64,000 nt of DNA, taken from contig OZ024748.1 of the NCBI GenBank assembly GCA_964016885.1, positions 36,580,001 through 36,644,000 on the forward strand, in the 5' to 3' direction. This document shows positions 38,993 to 52,991 of the stretch, piece by piece. Source of the stretch: Eledone cirrhosa (Eukaryota). A program made the position numbers and the translations under genes. Numbering within the stretch: position 1 is the first letter of the stretch; every line of letters begins with the position of its first letter. The notes beneath the pieces are model-generated. The model ran no database searches. It worked only from the letters and a program-made list of their open reading frames with translations, and was not told the DNA's origin.

Positions 38993-40010
38993 TTAGGGAG
39001 AAGTGTTTAGACGGGGTCCGTATTTGTTAATAAAGTGAGATTCCTTGCTGATGCGCTGGGTGTGGGTGGCATTATCTTTAAATTTGTAGAGGGGAAAGAT
39101 TCTAAAGTTGGGATGATTTTGGGCGGCACAGGTATCAATGTGTTCACTCAGTGGTATTTTCCTGTATTCCCGTATTTTAATTTGGGATCTATGGACAGTC
39201 ATGCGTTGGCGAAGGCTGTTTTTGGTCTGGCCTATGTATTGTTCTCGACAACCTGAGCAAGTTAATACATATATTAGATTTTCTGATGCGCATGTGAAAT
39301 TGTGTTTTACTATAAAACGTTGTCCTTCTTTGAAATAGAATTCCGAACCCTCTATTAGGTTGATGCATATGCCACAGTTGGGTCCATCGCATTTTTGTAC
39401 TGTGGGTTTCGTTGTTGTGGGTGGCAGTACTTGGCATGTGTTAGGGTGTTTTTCATTGACTTAGATTGTCTTTTGCTCTTTCTGATATCGTGTGTTCGAA
39501 GGATTTGGTTAATTCTATGGTCCTTTTTTAACACAGGGATGTTCTGGAGGATGGTGTCAAAGGCCTCATTGTTGAGGGGGTTGTGTGTGGAGATGTATGG
39601 AAGAGCTTTTAGTTTCGGTTGATTTACTTTAGGGTCCTGGGTACAATTGTCAATTAGTGATGCAGGGTAGTCCCTGCCTATGAGTGTTTCCTTTAGTTCT
39701 TGTAGCCGTAAGTACCAGGTGTTTTTATTGGAGACTATAGTACAGATTCTCTTGGCTAAGTTGTAGGGAATATTAATTTTAACGTGTCTAGGGTGGCAAG
39801 AGTTGAAAGGAAGATATTTCTTGGAGTCTGTGGGCTTGTAGTATATGTCTGTTTCTATTTTTTTGTTATGAATCTTAATGAGGATGTCGAGGAAGGGGGG
39901 TTGTTGATGGCTGTATTCCATCGTAAAGTTAACATTCGTGTTGAGCCCATTTATAAGGGTGTGAAATTCTTTAAGTTTCTCGATGTTTTCGTGCCAAAGG
40001 ATGAAACAGA
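38993..40010 (-). mobile_element. Degraded Penelope-like element of a second (Neptune-like) family: RT thumb plus GIY-YIG
   Basis: NFTME..PFLDI..TDIYYKPTD..YLPFNSCHP..NIPY; NLIYVLTCSGCREQYIGQT..LRQRMTVH..KESHFI..LN across frameshifts. Confidence 0.88.
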
Positions 40011-40014
40011 TAAG

Positions 40015-40340
40015 CAGGTAATACAAACATCTAGGACCACATACAACACACAATCAGGTAATACATACATCTAGGACCACACACAACACATAAGGAGGTA
40101 ATACACACATACATCTAGGACCACATACAACGCACAAGCAGGTAATACATACATCTAGGACCACACACAACACATAAGGAGGTAATACACACACACATCT
40201 AGGACCACATACAACGCAGAAGCAGGTAATACATACAGCTGGGGCCACATGCAATACATATGCAGGTAATACATACATCTAGGACTACATACAACACACA
40301 GGCAGGTAATACATACATCTAGGACCACATACAACACACA
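40015..40340. repeat. About 40-44 bp minisatellite (ACATCTAGGACCACATACAACAC..GGTAATAC)
   Basis: About 8 tandem units. Confidence 0.9.
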
Positions 40341-40344
40341 TTGC

Positions 40345-42060
40345 ATCATGTGTTACGGACGACGCAAGAGCCATGGTCGGCCAACATAAGAGCTTCGTCA
40401 CTCTTCTGAAGAGAGAAAATCCATCTGTATTTGCTGTTCATTGTGTTATTCATCGACAACACTTAGCTGCGAAGAAACTCAGCAAGCCTCTGAGCAAGTC
40501 CTTGCAGGTGGCTATTGATCTCATCAATTTTATCAAACAGCATTCCCTCAATGAACGAATTTTCCAGAAACTGTGCCAATATAATGACGAAGAATTCGTC
40601 AAGTTGCTCCTTTATACTGAGGTGAGGTGGCTTTCAAAGGGCAAGTGCTTTACTCATTTCTTTCAACTCTTCTACTCTATCATTGAGTTTCTGCGAGGAC
40701 GCAACACAGAACTGTACAAGAAAACCCTCGATGTGAGGCAAGACTGCGCCTACCTCATCAACATCTTTGACAAATGCAATAGCGTCATTTTGGCTTTGCA
40801 GGGGAAGAAGATCACCTTGCTTAAAGCAAGGAATGCTGTGAAAACATTCCTGGCCAAATTGAATGTCATCGAAAGGAATCTTTGTTGACCGGAAATTCTA
40901 TAATTTTCCTAGTGTCGCCAATGTTCAAAACATTGTAAGCGATGACCAACTCCAAATTTATACCACTCACCTCCGTGCGCTACAAGACAACATGAGAGAA
41001 CGGTTTGTCGACCTTTTGCCGATGGACATCCCAATGTGGATAGCAGATCCCTTCACAGCTAACGTCGACGATTTGGACGTTAAATTTCAGCAAGAATTCA
41101 TTGAACTTCAAGCAGATGACATGATCAAAATTAGATTTCCCAAAATAGGTGAACCCCTTTTTGGGATGCAAGAGGAAATTCAGCGTTGATTTCCACACCT
41201 ACATGCAGAGGCTAAGAGATTTGCTCTGCCTTTTCCAAGCTCATACTTAGTCGAGAGAAGGTTTGGTGTTGTTTCCAGACTGCACAGTAAGGCTCGCAAC
41301 CGCTACAATGTAATTACACGTGGAGATCTCTGGCTACATCTTAGAAAAATTCAGCCTCACGTCAAAGAGTTAGTTAGACTCCATGAAGCTCAAGGGTCCC
41401 ATTGAAATGAGTCAAAGTTAAAGTAAGTTGATTTATCCGAAAACTTGGATATGCTATTGTTACAAAGCAAACTAACAATTTTTCTATTTGTAGTTGCAGT
41501 CTGACTGGACTGGAAACCATCTACTACAATTCAATTACTCATTTGTTGTATATATTTTTACCATTTATTAATAAATATACCCTCCCGCGTGGTCATGAAA
41601 ACCCTCTTCCGTGGTCTCTAAGCTCACAAAGCAGGGGGACATCAAGTTTGATATCAACATTTTTTCTGTCCGTTTCATTAAAGGGAAAATTGGAAAGCTT
41701 TGAAATGATATAATTGCCACTTTCTTCCAGATAAGAGCACTCTTGGGATGGACAGAGTTGCTGTTGTATAAATGTTCAAAATAGCTGGTATCACGTGGTG
41801 GGAATATAACAAATTCAACTGGACCTTATTCATAAAAAAGAACATTTATGTTCCTTTTTTTGAAATTTATATATTTCCTTTCAAGGAATGTATTTATATT
41901 CTCAGCTGCCTGAACATTGTTAATCAAATTTTTAGTAATCTACTGATGTCAAAATCAGTAGTATATTGAAAAATGGAAAAATAGGGTAGGGGTAGGGGGC
42001 GTTTCGTGATTTCAAGGGACAAAAGGGGGCGTTTGGCCTAAATGGGTTGAGAACCTGTGG
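40345..42060 (+). mobile_element. hAT (Charlie/Buster-like) DNA transposon, 3' half, degraded transposase
   Basis: TDDARAMVG, HCVIHRQHL, TEVRWLSKG, PFPSSYLVERRF and terminal QGSH* (41405); TIR-like GGTTGAGAACCTGTG at about 42045-42059. Confidence 0.85.
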
Positions 42061-42149
42061 TTTAAATGATTATTTATCTAGTTGATTCCTACGGACTAAG
42101 GGGGAAAAGAATTGGATTTATTTTGTCTGACTGTTCTTCAAACTTATAA

Positions 42150-42650
42150 TTATAATAGAGCTGTGATATCAGGTGCACTCTCTTCTTGAGGATTCCGTAA
42201 GCCTGTAAGATCTTCATCAGGCAGTGACGGTCCACAGAATCAAAGGCCTTCCTAAAGTCAATGAAAACATGACTGCAGGAAGGCACTTTGCTCTTGCTCC
42301 ATCTAATATCCTCCTCAGCGTCAGATGGTGGATGGGTGCTACACGAGAATGCTGAGGATGGCTCTGAACATTAATCAGTATATACTGGGGATGAAGAACT
42401 CAGAGCTGTACGGGAGACTCCCAAAGGTCAGCTCGAAAGTGACTGAGGTTAGCTGGACATGCTCAATGACATCCAGAGTTGACACTGCACTCAGTGCTCC
42501 TGTGGGAGCCCCTGCATGGACACACTGGAAGTGGAAGACCGAGGTTAACATATGTTGATGCCCTAAGGACAGACACTGGTCTGTTGGAGACGCAGGACAT
42601 GGCAGCGATAATGAGGGACAGAGAGCGCTGGAGAGAACTCGTGCCATGGA
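42150..42650. mobile_element. RTE-like LINE relic with 5' inversion
   Basis: Minus-strand FIDFRKAFDSVDR joined to the plus-strand C-terminus DGCYTRMLRMALN..LLWEP..GRPRLTYVD..DRERWR. Confidence 0.75.
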
Positions 42651-42954
42651 TCTCGGGAATTTTACCCGTCCTATATATATAATATAATATAATATAATAT
42701 AATATAATACAATATAATGTAAAATAATATAATATAATATAACATAATATATAACTGGAGCATTGAATTGAACTGTGACATTATTTGGGTGTTTACAGCT
42801 TGGTTTTACTCGGTAATTCGAGATTTTGTCTTAGTTTGTACAACAATGCAATATATACTGCAAACAATAGACAGTAGCAAAATATGTTGAGATAGTGTGT
42901 CGACATTTTCTAAATATTTACATTCGATATGTTTTAATTCCATTATATTTGTGT

Positions 42955-45900
42955 GTGTCCCGACCTTCACAAGAGCCCGGAAGGTAAGTAAACCTTTCCT
43001 CTCTCTCTTTTTAACCTGCCAACATGGCCGTATTAAGAGTAGGAAGTTTAAATGTTCGAGGCCTGGGATCGTCCTGGAAGCAGGGTCACCTGCTCAACGA
43101 CCTCAGGTCTCTAGAAATGGATGTAATTGCCGTCAGCGAGACCAGGATTTCCGACACGCGCGCACTAGCCCCCATTCTCGACGACTATCAGATCTTTGCA
43201 TCTATTAGCCGGCCGGGAATGGGAGGCGTGGTGGCAGTGCTGTTTAGGAAACGCCTGGATCTTAAGGTAAGGTCGATCTTCCGGGACCCGGACGGGAAGT
43301 TGGTGGTCCTGGACATGAACAATAACGAAGGTGGTGCCTTTAGACTGGTGGCCGTCTATGCCCCTACTGGGGCAGCACGGCCGGACTTCTTTAGACGCCT
43401 GGAAGCCTTTCTGGGTACGTCTCGCCCTTTACTGTTAGCGGGGGACTGGAACAGCATCTTAGACGCACGCTGGGACTGTGTGGGTGTATCCGATAGGAGC
43501 GGGGGTGGGGTGGGGGGTGTACAATCCTCAAGAACCTCATCAGCCAGTTCCAACTGTCTGACAGGTACCGACTAGATTTCCCTAATGCGTCAGCGTGGAC
43601 CTGGACTAACCGCATAGGGTCATCTAGATCGTATATAGACAGGATATTCATTAGGAAAATAGACAGAAATAGTGTAAGCTGTCCACGGTTTGAAACGGTC
43701 AACTATTCAGATCACAAGTTTGTAACCTGGTTACTGGAAGCTAAACATGTCATTTCCGGCACGTAAAGCTTACAGGGACCAGGTCAACAATTTAGTTAAG
43801 AAAAAGTTGACAGGGGAGTCGTCAACAATAGATGGTGGGCGCTCTCAAAAGAGAGATTAGAGTAATGTCGATAGAGTTTAGCAAAGAAGTAGCGTTAGAG
43901 AAAAATAGAAAGGAGGGGGAGTTGGTAGATAGGTTAGACGAGGCTATTGGTAGTGACATTGCAACTGACGTGCGAACGACGAGAAGGGGATTAGACCATT
44001 TCTTCAATGCGAAATACGAAGGTTGCATTGTCAGAGCTAAGGCGCGTGCTCTGAGAAACGAGGGAACCAAAGCTGTTCGATGGGCCCGCGTGGCAGAGGC
44101 GCAGCGTGGTAATAAAACCACGATTCGGTCTTTGACGGACCGAGACGGACACGAGCTGAGCGATTCCAAGCGGATGTGTGAGGCCTTTCGCCAACATTTT
44201 GCTCGGTTGTTCGGGGGAAGTGGCGGGTCAGAGATGGTGGCGGACTTCAGTACCTACCTCGATGGCTTGCTGCAACTCTCGACGGCTGACGCTGGGCGCT
44301 GCGAAAGGCCAATTACTTCAGCCGAGATTCAGGATGCCCTTGTCGGCTGCATGAGGCGCAAGTGACCCGGTTTGGATAGTCTGCTCTACGAGCTTTACGT
44401 AAATATGCCAGACTTGTTCTCCAATCTCCTGGAAGCCCTCTACTGCAACTGGCAGCAAAACGGGAGTATTCCCAGTTCTGTGAGCCGGGGCGTAGTGACG
44501 CTGATAAGGAAAGACGAGAACAAGAGGGACACATTAGACAATTTCAGGCCCATAACTCTGCTCAACACAGAGTTTAAGATTTTGGCCAGGGTGTTAGCGA
44601 AGAGGTTGGCGCTTGTCGTCGGGGATTTGGTTGGGGAGGCGCAAACTTGCGCAATCCCAACCAGGTCCATACACGACAACCTCCACCTAATGCGATACAT
44701 CATAGAGAGGGTAGGGTGTAAACCTGGCTTCGGTGGGGCCCTGATCAATTTAGATCAATCGAAAGCATTCAATAGAGCCGACCATCGGTACCTGGAGGCT
44801 GTCCTCAATGCGGCTGGCTTCGGCCCCGTCTTCAGAAGCTGGATCGCTGCAATGCACAGTGGCACCTGCTCGGTGGTCAAAATTAATGGCCACCTCTCGG
44901 AACGGAACCGTTTCAGGTCTCCCGATCGGTCCGTCAAGGGTGCCCTCTCTCCTCCCTTCTGTACGTATTGACTCTTGAGCCTTTACTGCGGAAGCTGGGG
45001 CTGTTGCAGGGCATCCCGCTCGAACCGGGACGCGGAAAGGCTGTGTCGGCTTATGCGGACAACATCACCGTGATGGTGTCGGATACCTCATAAATCGAGG
45101 TGGTCGGCAACTTATTAGACGAATATGAAAGGTTGACAGGAGCAAAACTTAACCCGGAAAAGTCGGTGGGCTTGCAACTCGGCAGCTGGAGAGGCAAGTC
45201 CATGCCGTCCAACAGCGTCGTTAGACGCTGGACGGACGGACCGGTAAAGTTGCTCGGGGTTTGGTTCGGGCCAGACCTCCAGGTGGATAAGAATTGGGAC
45301 GAGGTGAGGGGCAGGGTAGCCAGAAATGGGCTGGGAGGAAGCTATCACTGAAAGGTCGGGCGGAGGTGGCGAACGCATACATCGCGTCCGTCATCTACTA
45401 CCGTCTGACCGTCGTCCCTTGCCCCCGTTCGCGCCTCGCCATCTTGGAGCGGCTCCTCTTCAAATTCTTGTGGAGGGGTCAGGTTCCGCTGGTGAGGCGG
45501 TCCATCTGCTGCCAGCACCCTCTACGTGGAGGGCTGGTCATGCCGTGGCTAATGATGCGCAGACACGCGCTGAGGCTGCGGCATCTCCAGATATTCTGCC
45601 TAAACGGTGAATAGGTGTGGTCGCCGTTTGTCAGACGGGCCTTTCCGCAGCTCGTTTCTTTGACTGAGCTGCAGTCCTGGGTCAAGAAGAGACCGAGACT
45701 GGGTGAGTGGCATCTGGAATGTTGCCAGGCACTCACTGCCCTCTACCAGGTGGGCAATGCGGTCAGTGGAATTTCCACTCTTGAGTTCTATAGAGGATTA
45801 GTGGTGGGCAAGTGCGACGACGCACTCGGAGAGGCTCTGGGCGTCGACGAAGTCTAATTAACCAGTCTGTTCCGGAGTACTTTCGAGCCGGGGACGATGG

Positions 45901-46690
45901 ATAATTTCCAAACATCCCTCGCTTGGCAGTGCTACCGGCGGCCACTGCCAGTTCGTGATAAACTCTACAGGCACGGAAGTGCTGTCAGACGGACTTGCTC
46001 GAGATGCGCGCAGAGCGACGAAACCGTTCTGCACGCACTCGTCCAGTGTCTGTGCATTACTGACTTGTGGAGTTATGTTGAACAGCTGTTGTCGCATGTA
46101 GAACAGATCCGGCTATCGGCCGAGTCCATAGTGAAGATCGACCTGCCGCCTTCTTTTGGCCAGGAAGGGCAGGCAATGTTCCTCTGTCTGGTGGCAGTAG
46201 CGAAAGAGGTTGTATGGTGGGTGAGGTCGAAAGGACTGAAGACAGAGACTTTTCTCTTCGGCCAATCCCTCATCAACTTTTTCAAGTTTCACTTGGAAAG
46301 GAAGGTGAGGGTGGAGAGAGAAGTGCTGCCCCCCCCCCCCCCCCAGTACATTTGCTGAAAGGTGGGTGAATGTGGCGAGAATGGCCCGTGTGAGTGGGCC
46401 TACTCTGGTCATGCGGCTGTAGGTAGGTAAATTTGAAGAGGAGAGGGGTGCCTTTCCAGGGTGCTCTCGAAGCGTTGGGTCGTTCAGGATTGATGGGGTA
46501 CCTGAGCGAACCCTAGGTGGTCATCCCCCCTATTGAGGAATTTTTCCTGTTGTAATTTTATTGTTACTTTATTGTTACTTTGTTATTGTGATTCATATTG
46601 TTTACTCGATTTTTCTGTAAAACCCCACTGTCCCAGTCTTTTGTATTGTCCCCTATATGTCGGCCCTTGTGGCCAATAAATGAAATCATT
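42955..46690 (+). mobile_element. Tx1/L1-clade LINE, diverged subfamily; whole ORF2 region, disrupted
   Basis: GSLNVRGL, SETR, AGDWN, RPITLLNTEFKIL, DQSKAF, C-terminal CSRC..ETVLHALVQC; 3' UTR with AATAAA at about 46675. Confidence 0.93.
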
Positions 46691-46882
46691 ATATATGTGT
46701 GCGTGTGACACCATTGAAAAATAGCCCCGTCTACTAATCACTGCTTTCTTTTCTTCTTCTTTTCCTTCTTCTTCTTCTTTTCCTTCTTCTTCTTCTTCTT
46801 CTTCCATGTATGTGTGAATGTATGTATATATATTTGTGAGGTTGTGAGCTTGTGCGGGCGTACGCGCGGTCGTCGTCGTCTG

Positions 46883-46937
46883 AGTAGTAGTAGTAGTAGT
46901 AGTAGTAGTATTCGTCATCGTAGTAGTAGTCGTCGTC

Positions 46938-46984
<47 letters not shown>

Positions 46985-47197
46985 CGTAGTAGTAGTAGTA
47001 GTATTAATAGTAGTCGTCGTCGTCGTAGTAGTCGTAGTATTCGTAGTAGTCGTAGTAGTAGTAGTACTACTACTACTACTACTACTACTACTAGTAGTAC
47101 TAGTAGTAGCAGTAGTAGTAGTAGTAGTAGCAGTACTACTAGTAGTAGTAGTACTACTAGTAGTACTACTAGTTGTAGCAACAGCAGCAGTAGTACT
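46883..47197. repeat. (AGT/ACT)n trinucleotide tract
   Basis: Direct reading. Confidence 0.95.
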
Positions 47198-47873
47198 GGT
47201 GGTGTGGGGGAGGGGTGCAGCTATAGGGAAAAGAATTAATTTTACCTCTGACTTCAGTCAAGTTTATTTTTACACCTTTAACTGAAAAGTAAGAGAAAAA
47301 CTGGCCTTTATTTCCAGAAAGTAAGTAGTTCGACTTACCTGTGTATACATGCTTATAAACACCCACACACAGTACTATATATATACACATATATATATAT
47401 ACGTTTCATGTTCACATACATACATACGTACACATAGATATATTTCTTTATTAGCCACAGGGGCACAAAAGAAGGGGAAAAATACAAAGGGGGAAGTTTA
47501 CATACATACGTACACATAGATAGATAGGTAGATAGATAGATAGATAGATATATGACTCTATACCTGTATGTACATTCGAGATCCTGTGATCCTGTGAAAG
47601 AAACTCCAGAGTACCTGGACTCCCTATTTAGCCTTAATAAAATGAACACACGCACACACACACATATATATATTTATATATATATATATTTATATATATA
47701 TATATCTATATATATAGTTCAAAACGACAAATAAACAGACAAACGCAGGTGTCAATAGTACATAGTGTTATTAGTTTCACGCTTGGTGAGAATGGGGCAG
47801 GTTACGTGATATATATATATATATATATCACAGTAAAAAAGAGAATCAGTGTTGCGACGAATGGAATTTATTG

Positions 47874-47969
47874 GACATATTACAATCGTTTCTCTGGCGA
47901 CCAGCTCGAGGCACGGTCGATGTGATGATCCAACCTGACTCTGAAAATCGCAAGGTCCTCAGATACGTC
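47874..47969 (-). ncRNA. Type I hammerhead ribozyme with very long stem II, in a roughly 165-nt element between (TA)n tracts
   Basis: Minus strand: GACGTAT-CTGAGGA-[about 63 nt]-GAA-ACGATTGT-A-ATATGTC then AATAAA; 7-bp stem I with one G-U pair. Confidence 0.7.
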
Positions 47970-47988
47970 TTGATTCTACGAAGCAGAT

Positions 47989-48041
<53 letters not shown>

Positions 48042-48285
48042 CTGTTTGTATTTATCGTTGTTGTGGCTATACAGTATGGCCTCACATTCCAGGTCAATTT
48101 ATTAATAATGTCACAATTTCGTTACTTTGTGTTTACTCTGGACGAAAAATGTCTTAACCTTTCGCACCATCTTGTGTTTTGTGACCGCCTCAAACTATTG
48201 CACTAGTATCTGCTCTACTACGGCTACTACTTCGATTTACACTATAGATAGATATATTTCTTTATTCTATAGATATAGATCGATA

Positions 48286-48675
48286 GATATGTTTCTTTAT
48301 TAGCCACAGGGGCACACAAGAAGGGGACAAATACAAAGGGGGAAGTTTACATACATAAAAACGTGTAAAATATTATCACAAATGCAATTGAAAAATTAAT
48401 CGATTTTCTCCAATAGGGGGAGACATTTCATATGTGTAACACACACCCCCGAAAAAATGTGCAACCCTCAACTCCAGGAGTACGAAGAGTTTGTACCCCT
48501 TTCCTCTCTTCCTCAACCTACAGGCTGATATAGAGAGAAGGCCCATTCACTCGGACCATTCTCGCCACGTTCACCCACCTTTCATAAAACTTGCTGGGGT
48601 ACAGCATCTCTCTCTCTCCATCTTGATTCTTCTTCAAAAGATAGATATGTTTCTTTATTAGCCACAGGGGCACTT
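48286..48675 (-). mobile_element. Short 3'-end fragments of Tx1 LINE (another at 47436-47510)
   Basis: REMLYPSKFYERWVNVARMVRVNGPSLYISL* and 3' UTR; junctions at ATCTAT. Confidence 0.85.
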
Positions 48676-48834
48676 CTTCAAAAGATAGATAGATAGATAG
48701 AGTGAGAGAGAGTGGAGACTCTATACCTGTATGTACACGCCCGTCTATAGTTGGCAATAGTAGACCCAGAAAACAACAAGTAAGCCTTCCTTTTTAACAA
48801 ACCCATGAAATATTTTAATAAATGATGCTAAATA

Positions 48835-49185
48835 TATACAGATATATGTATATATATTTACGGGTATATATATGGAGATATGATATATGTATATATATTT
48901 ACGGGTGTATATATGCAGATATGATATATGTATATACATTTACGGGTATATATACAGATATGATATATATATAAACATTTACGGATATATATACAGATAT
49001 GATTTATGTATATACATTTACGGGTATATATACAGAATATGATATATATATATATACATTTACGGGTATATATACAGATATATGTATATACATTTACGGG
49101 TATATATACGGAAATATACATATATATTTACGGGTGTATATACAGATATATGTATATATATTCACAGGTGTATATACATACACGG
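48835..49185. repeat. About 30-35 bp AT-rich minisatellite (TTTACGGGTATATATACAGATAT)
   Basis: About 10 tandem units. Confidence 0.85.
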
Positions 49186-49693
49186 ACTTCACTTTATTTC
49201 TTTATATATAACCTACATATATATATATTTAGACAAACCTCCACACACTTGGATCTGTGTGTGTGTGTGTGTGTGTGTGTCTTTGTGTGTGTTCACAGGT
49301 GTATGTGTGTGTTCACAGGTGTGTGTGTGTGTGTGTTCGCAGGTGTGTGTGTGTGTGTGTGTGTCTTTGTGTGAGTTCGCAGGTGTGTGTGTGTGTGTGT
49401 CTTTGTGTGTGCGTTCACAGGTGTGTGTGTGTGTGTCTTTGTGTGTGTGTTCGCAGGTGTGTGTGTGTGTGTTCACAGGTGTGTGTATGTGTCTTTGTGT
49501 GTGTTCGCAGGTGTGTAACAGGTTTTCATGGCTACCTAGTGGTGATGTCAACAAGTCAGTAGGACCACATCTACTCCTAAACTATTCACTGTTCATGTTA
49601 TTACTTTAATGTTTTAAGTTGCAGTTCCGCACCCTAGGCCTATTACCCGCTCCCCTACCCCCTCCCTTCCTCTAATTTATAGCATTTTCAATC

Positions 49694-50162
49694 CTCTACT
49701 TCCCCACACCCCCAGATCTTCCCTTCTCCACCCCTCCCTCTACTTCCCCATACCCCCAGATCTTCCCTTCTCTACCCCTCCCTCTACTTCCCCACACCCC
49801 CAGATCTTCCCTTCTCTACCCCTCCCTCTACTCCCCATACCCCCAGATCTTCCCTTCTCTACCCCACCCTCTACATCCCCATAACCGCAGATCTTCCCTT
49901 CTCTACCCCTCCCTCTACTTCCCCATACCCCGGATCTTCCCTTCTCTACCCCACCCTCTACTTCCCCATACCCCAGATCTTCCCTTCTCTACCCCACCCT
50001 CTACTTCCCCATACCCCAGATCTTCCCTTCTCTACCCCTACCTCTACTTCCCCATACCCCAGATCTTCCCTTATCTACCCCTCCCTCTACTTCCCCATAC
50101 CCCAGATCTTCCCTTCTCTACCCTACCTCTACTTCCCCATACCCCAGATCTTCCCTTCTCTA
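49694..50162. repeat. 41-42 bp pyrimidine-rich minisatellite (CCTCTACTTCCCCATACCCCAGATCTTCCCTTCTCTACCCC)
   Basis: About 11 tandem units with strong strand asymmetry. Confidence 0.92.
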
Positions 50163-50279
50163 ACCCTTTCCTCTTTTTTCTCATTACTTAATTTTGCTTT
50201 TATCTTTCTTTTTCCTATCTTTCTACGCATCAATGGCCTTAAAGCCAACTTTGTGTACCTTAAGTTATTTCCATTTAGT

Positions 50280-50900
50280 TCGGCCACAATGGCACGCAGC
50301 TGGACAACAATAGCCTGCTCATCGGCGCTTCCTTGGGGATTTGCTTCCGGAACTGCAAGCCACACCAATGTCGCTGTGGATCCACCGTGGACTCTTTCGG
50401 CCTCCACTCGCTTTCCTGTCGCCACAGTGCCGGCCGCCTTCCACACCATGCTGCCCTCAACGAGGTTATAAAGCATGGCTTGGACGCTGCAGGCTTCCCT
50501 TCCCAACTAGAGCCGGAGGGGCTGGACCAAGGGGACAGCAAAGGGCCAGATGGTATGGACATCTTCCAGTTCCGCGTCTGGGATGCCACTTGCACTGACA
50601 CTTTCTCCAGCCGCAACTTGGTGCAGTCTGTGACTAACCCAGGTTCTGCTGCACGTTGGGCTGAGGAGGCCAAACTCTCCAAATACAGATCGCTCTCCGT
50701 CAGGTTTGCGGTTATACCCTTGGCAGTGGAGACTTCTGGTGTCCTAGGGCTACCTCCCTACTCACCACCATAGGCGCTGAGCTGACCAGCCGCAGGTTTG
50801 AGCCTCGCGAGCTGGAATGACTCTTCCAGCGCCTTTCCCTTGACATCCTCCGGGGAAACGCCTTCTCCATTCTGTCCGCCGGGATTGTGGGGAGGCCACC
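50280..50900 (+). mobile_element. CRE-like (restriction-like endonuclease) non-LTR retrotransposon, 3' fragment
   Basis: CRCG..VD..GLHSLSC zinc finger, HAALN, KGPDG, VWDATC, AEEAKLSKY and IPLAVETSG, typical of CRE-clade C-termini. Confidence 0.8.
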
Positions 50901-51089
50901 GATATGATTGACATGTCTTGTGAAGAGGCGCGACTTTGGTGATATTGTAGCATAACTAAAGGTAAATATCGTTGTTGTTGTTGTTGTTGGATCTCCGTTG
51001 GTTCTACTTGTGTGACTAACGGAACAGCTCGTTCCTGAAATTAACGTGCAAGTGCCCGAGCATTCGCTAGAAACGTGTAGCTTTAAGGT

Positions 51090-51272
51090 AGAATCAGTGT
51101 GACAGGGCTGGTCCCTTTCAATCACAGGTACATTTTCCGAGCTCAGTTGACTTCAGCAACGTGAAATGAAATAAAGTGTCTTGCTCAAGGACACAACTCC
51201 CCGCCAGTAATCCAACTCACGACCTTACGATCGTGATCAGAACAGCATAACCACAGCGCTATGTTGCCTTCA
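51090..51272 (-). mobile_element. tRNA-derived SINE, family A-related (degenerate)
   Basis: GTGTCCTTGAGCAAGACACTTTATTTCA on the minus strand with a decayed B box. Confidence 0.65.
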
Positions 51273-51364
51273 CCAAGTCAATTACCTTCTTTGGAATGTC
51301 CAAAGTTTTCATTTTATCTTTCCTGATACAAGTAATAAAACTAAATTAAATTTTCAAATATACG

Positions 51365-51555
51365 TTGATAGACTTGTTAGAGCGTCGAATAATACACCAT
51401 GCAGTATGTGTTCTAACTCTTTAACTCTGAGTTCAAATCCTGCCAACATCATTCCGGAGTCGATAAATTAAAATACCAATAAACTATTGGGTTCATTTAA
51501 TCAACTTTCTCATTTCCCCATATTTTCTGGTCGTATGCCTAAATTAGAAATCAAT
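51365..51555 (+). mobile_element. SINE family B (degenerate)
   Basis: CTGAGTTCAAATCCTGCC..CATCATTCCGGAGTCGATAAATTAAAATACCA. Confidence 0.65.
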
Positions 51556-51916
51556 ATTGTAATGACAAAAGGAAGCAGGGAAAGAAAAGAAAGGTATTCT
51601 TAATATATTGTCAGAGAGTATCGTTTGTGTGTGACAGACGGAGAGAAATTATTGTCTGACTCTGTATCTTCCTGGGTGACACAAAGCGATATATATATGC
51701 ATATAATGTTATCTGAAAGTCATTCTTCAAGAACAAAATCGTTGACCTACTTCTACGTGTGTGAGCAAGAACCATTGGTGTATGGCTACATGTAAACTCC
51801 AGTGTGTTTATCACAAATCATGTTATGGATGTATCGTCTAGTCTCCTATATCGTTAAAAGTATTTATCACAAGATGTTGCAGTGTTATATATGTATATTT
51901 ATTTACTCACACACGC

Positions 51917-51996
<80 letters not shown>

Positions 51997-52206
51997 AAAT
52001 ATGTATGTATATATATATATCTATATCCAAAATTAAGATAAATTAAATGGATTTAATCTAAATCAAAATTATGGGTGTCATGCCAGAAAGACATGCGCCA
52101 TATCACCCGGAAAATAAGCTCTAAGATTCTAACGGTCAGAGCATTTTATAATAACTAGAAATTGATTAACATATATATAAACATGAATAATCACAGGAGA
52201 TAATTT

Positions 52207-52282
52207 TTACAAGTGTGTAACCACACATAGCTAGGTAGGTAACTAGTTACCTACCTAGCTATGTGTGGTTACACACTTGTAA
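52207..52282. repeat. Perfect 76-bp palindrome with no spacer
   Basis: TTACAAGTGTGTAACCACACATAGCTAGGTAGGTAACT|AGTTACCTACCTAGCTATGTGTGGTTACACACTTGTAA. Confidence 0.95.
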
Positions 52283-52359
52283 TTATTATGTATATATATT
52301 ATGTATATATATATGTATACACACACACATACATACACTGTAACATCTTGTGATAAATA

Positions 52360-52442
<83 letters not shown>

Positions 52443-52991
52443 ACACGGGTGTGTATGATTGTGTATAGAAGATTATATTAATAAGAGGAATTCCAACTTT
52501 GTCTGATTTACTCGTTTTATTTACAATCCTTTAAAATTTATAATGGTATTAGAATGAAATAGTATGGTAGAATATTAAATGTTAAGTGTTAATTGAACAA
52601 GTACTTTCATGCTTTCGCAATCTTCAGGTTCATAATGTGTGGTGACAATCAAGTTTGCAATTTTCAACTGTGGATATATATATATATATATCTTTACAAA
52701 GGTTTATATAAAAAAGGCTTCTACATGACTAAAACTGTTTCAGTCATCAGGAATGAAACAGTTCTAATCAGTGGCGGACTGGGTCTAGAAATATTGGTTA
52801 CCAGGAGACGAAGGGGGCCCACCTACATATAGAATGCTATCATTTAATTTTTATAATGAATAAATAACATTTTCGAAAAATACATAAGTGGAAACAAAAC
52901 AGTGTAATCAAATTTTTGCGGAAAAATATCTTACCTTCTCCAATAAAAAATATGTATTTTGCGAAATCCAGAGACTTTCAATAATGACCAG

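Noticed and set aside
52724-52775. Minus-strand CTGATGA-CT-GAAA within a small hairpin
   Set aside because: There is no room for stem II and stems I and III are poor.
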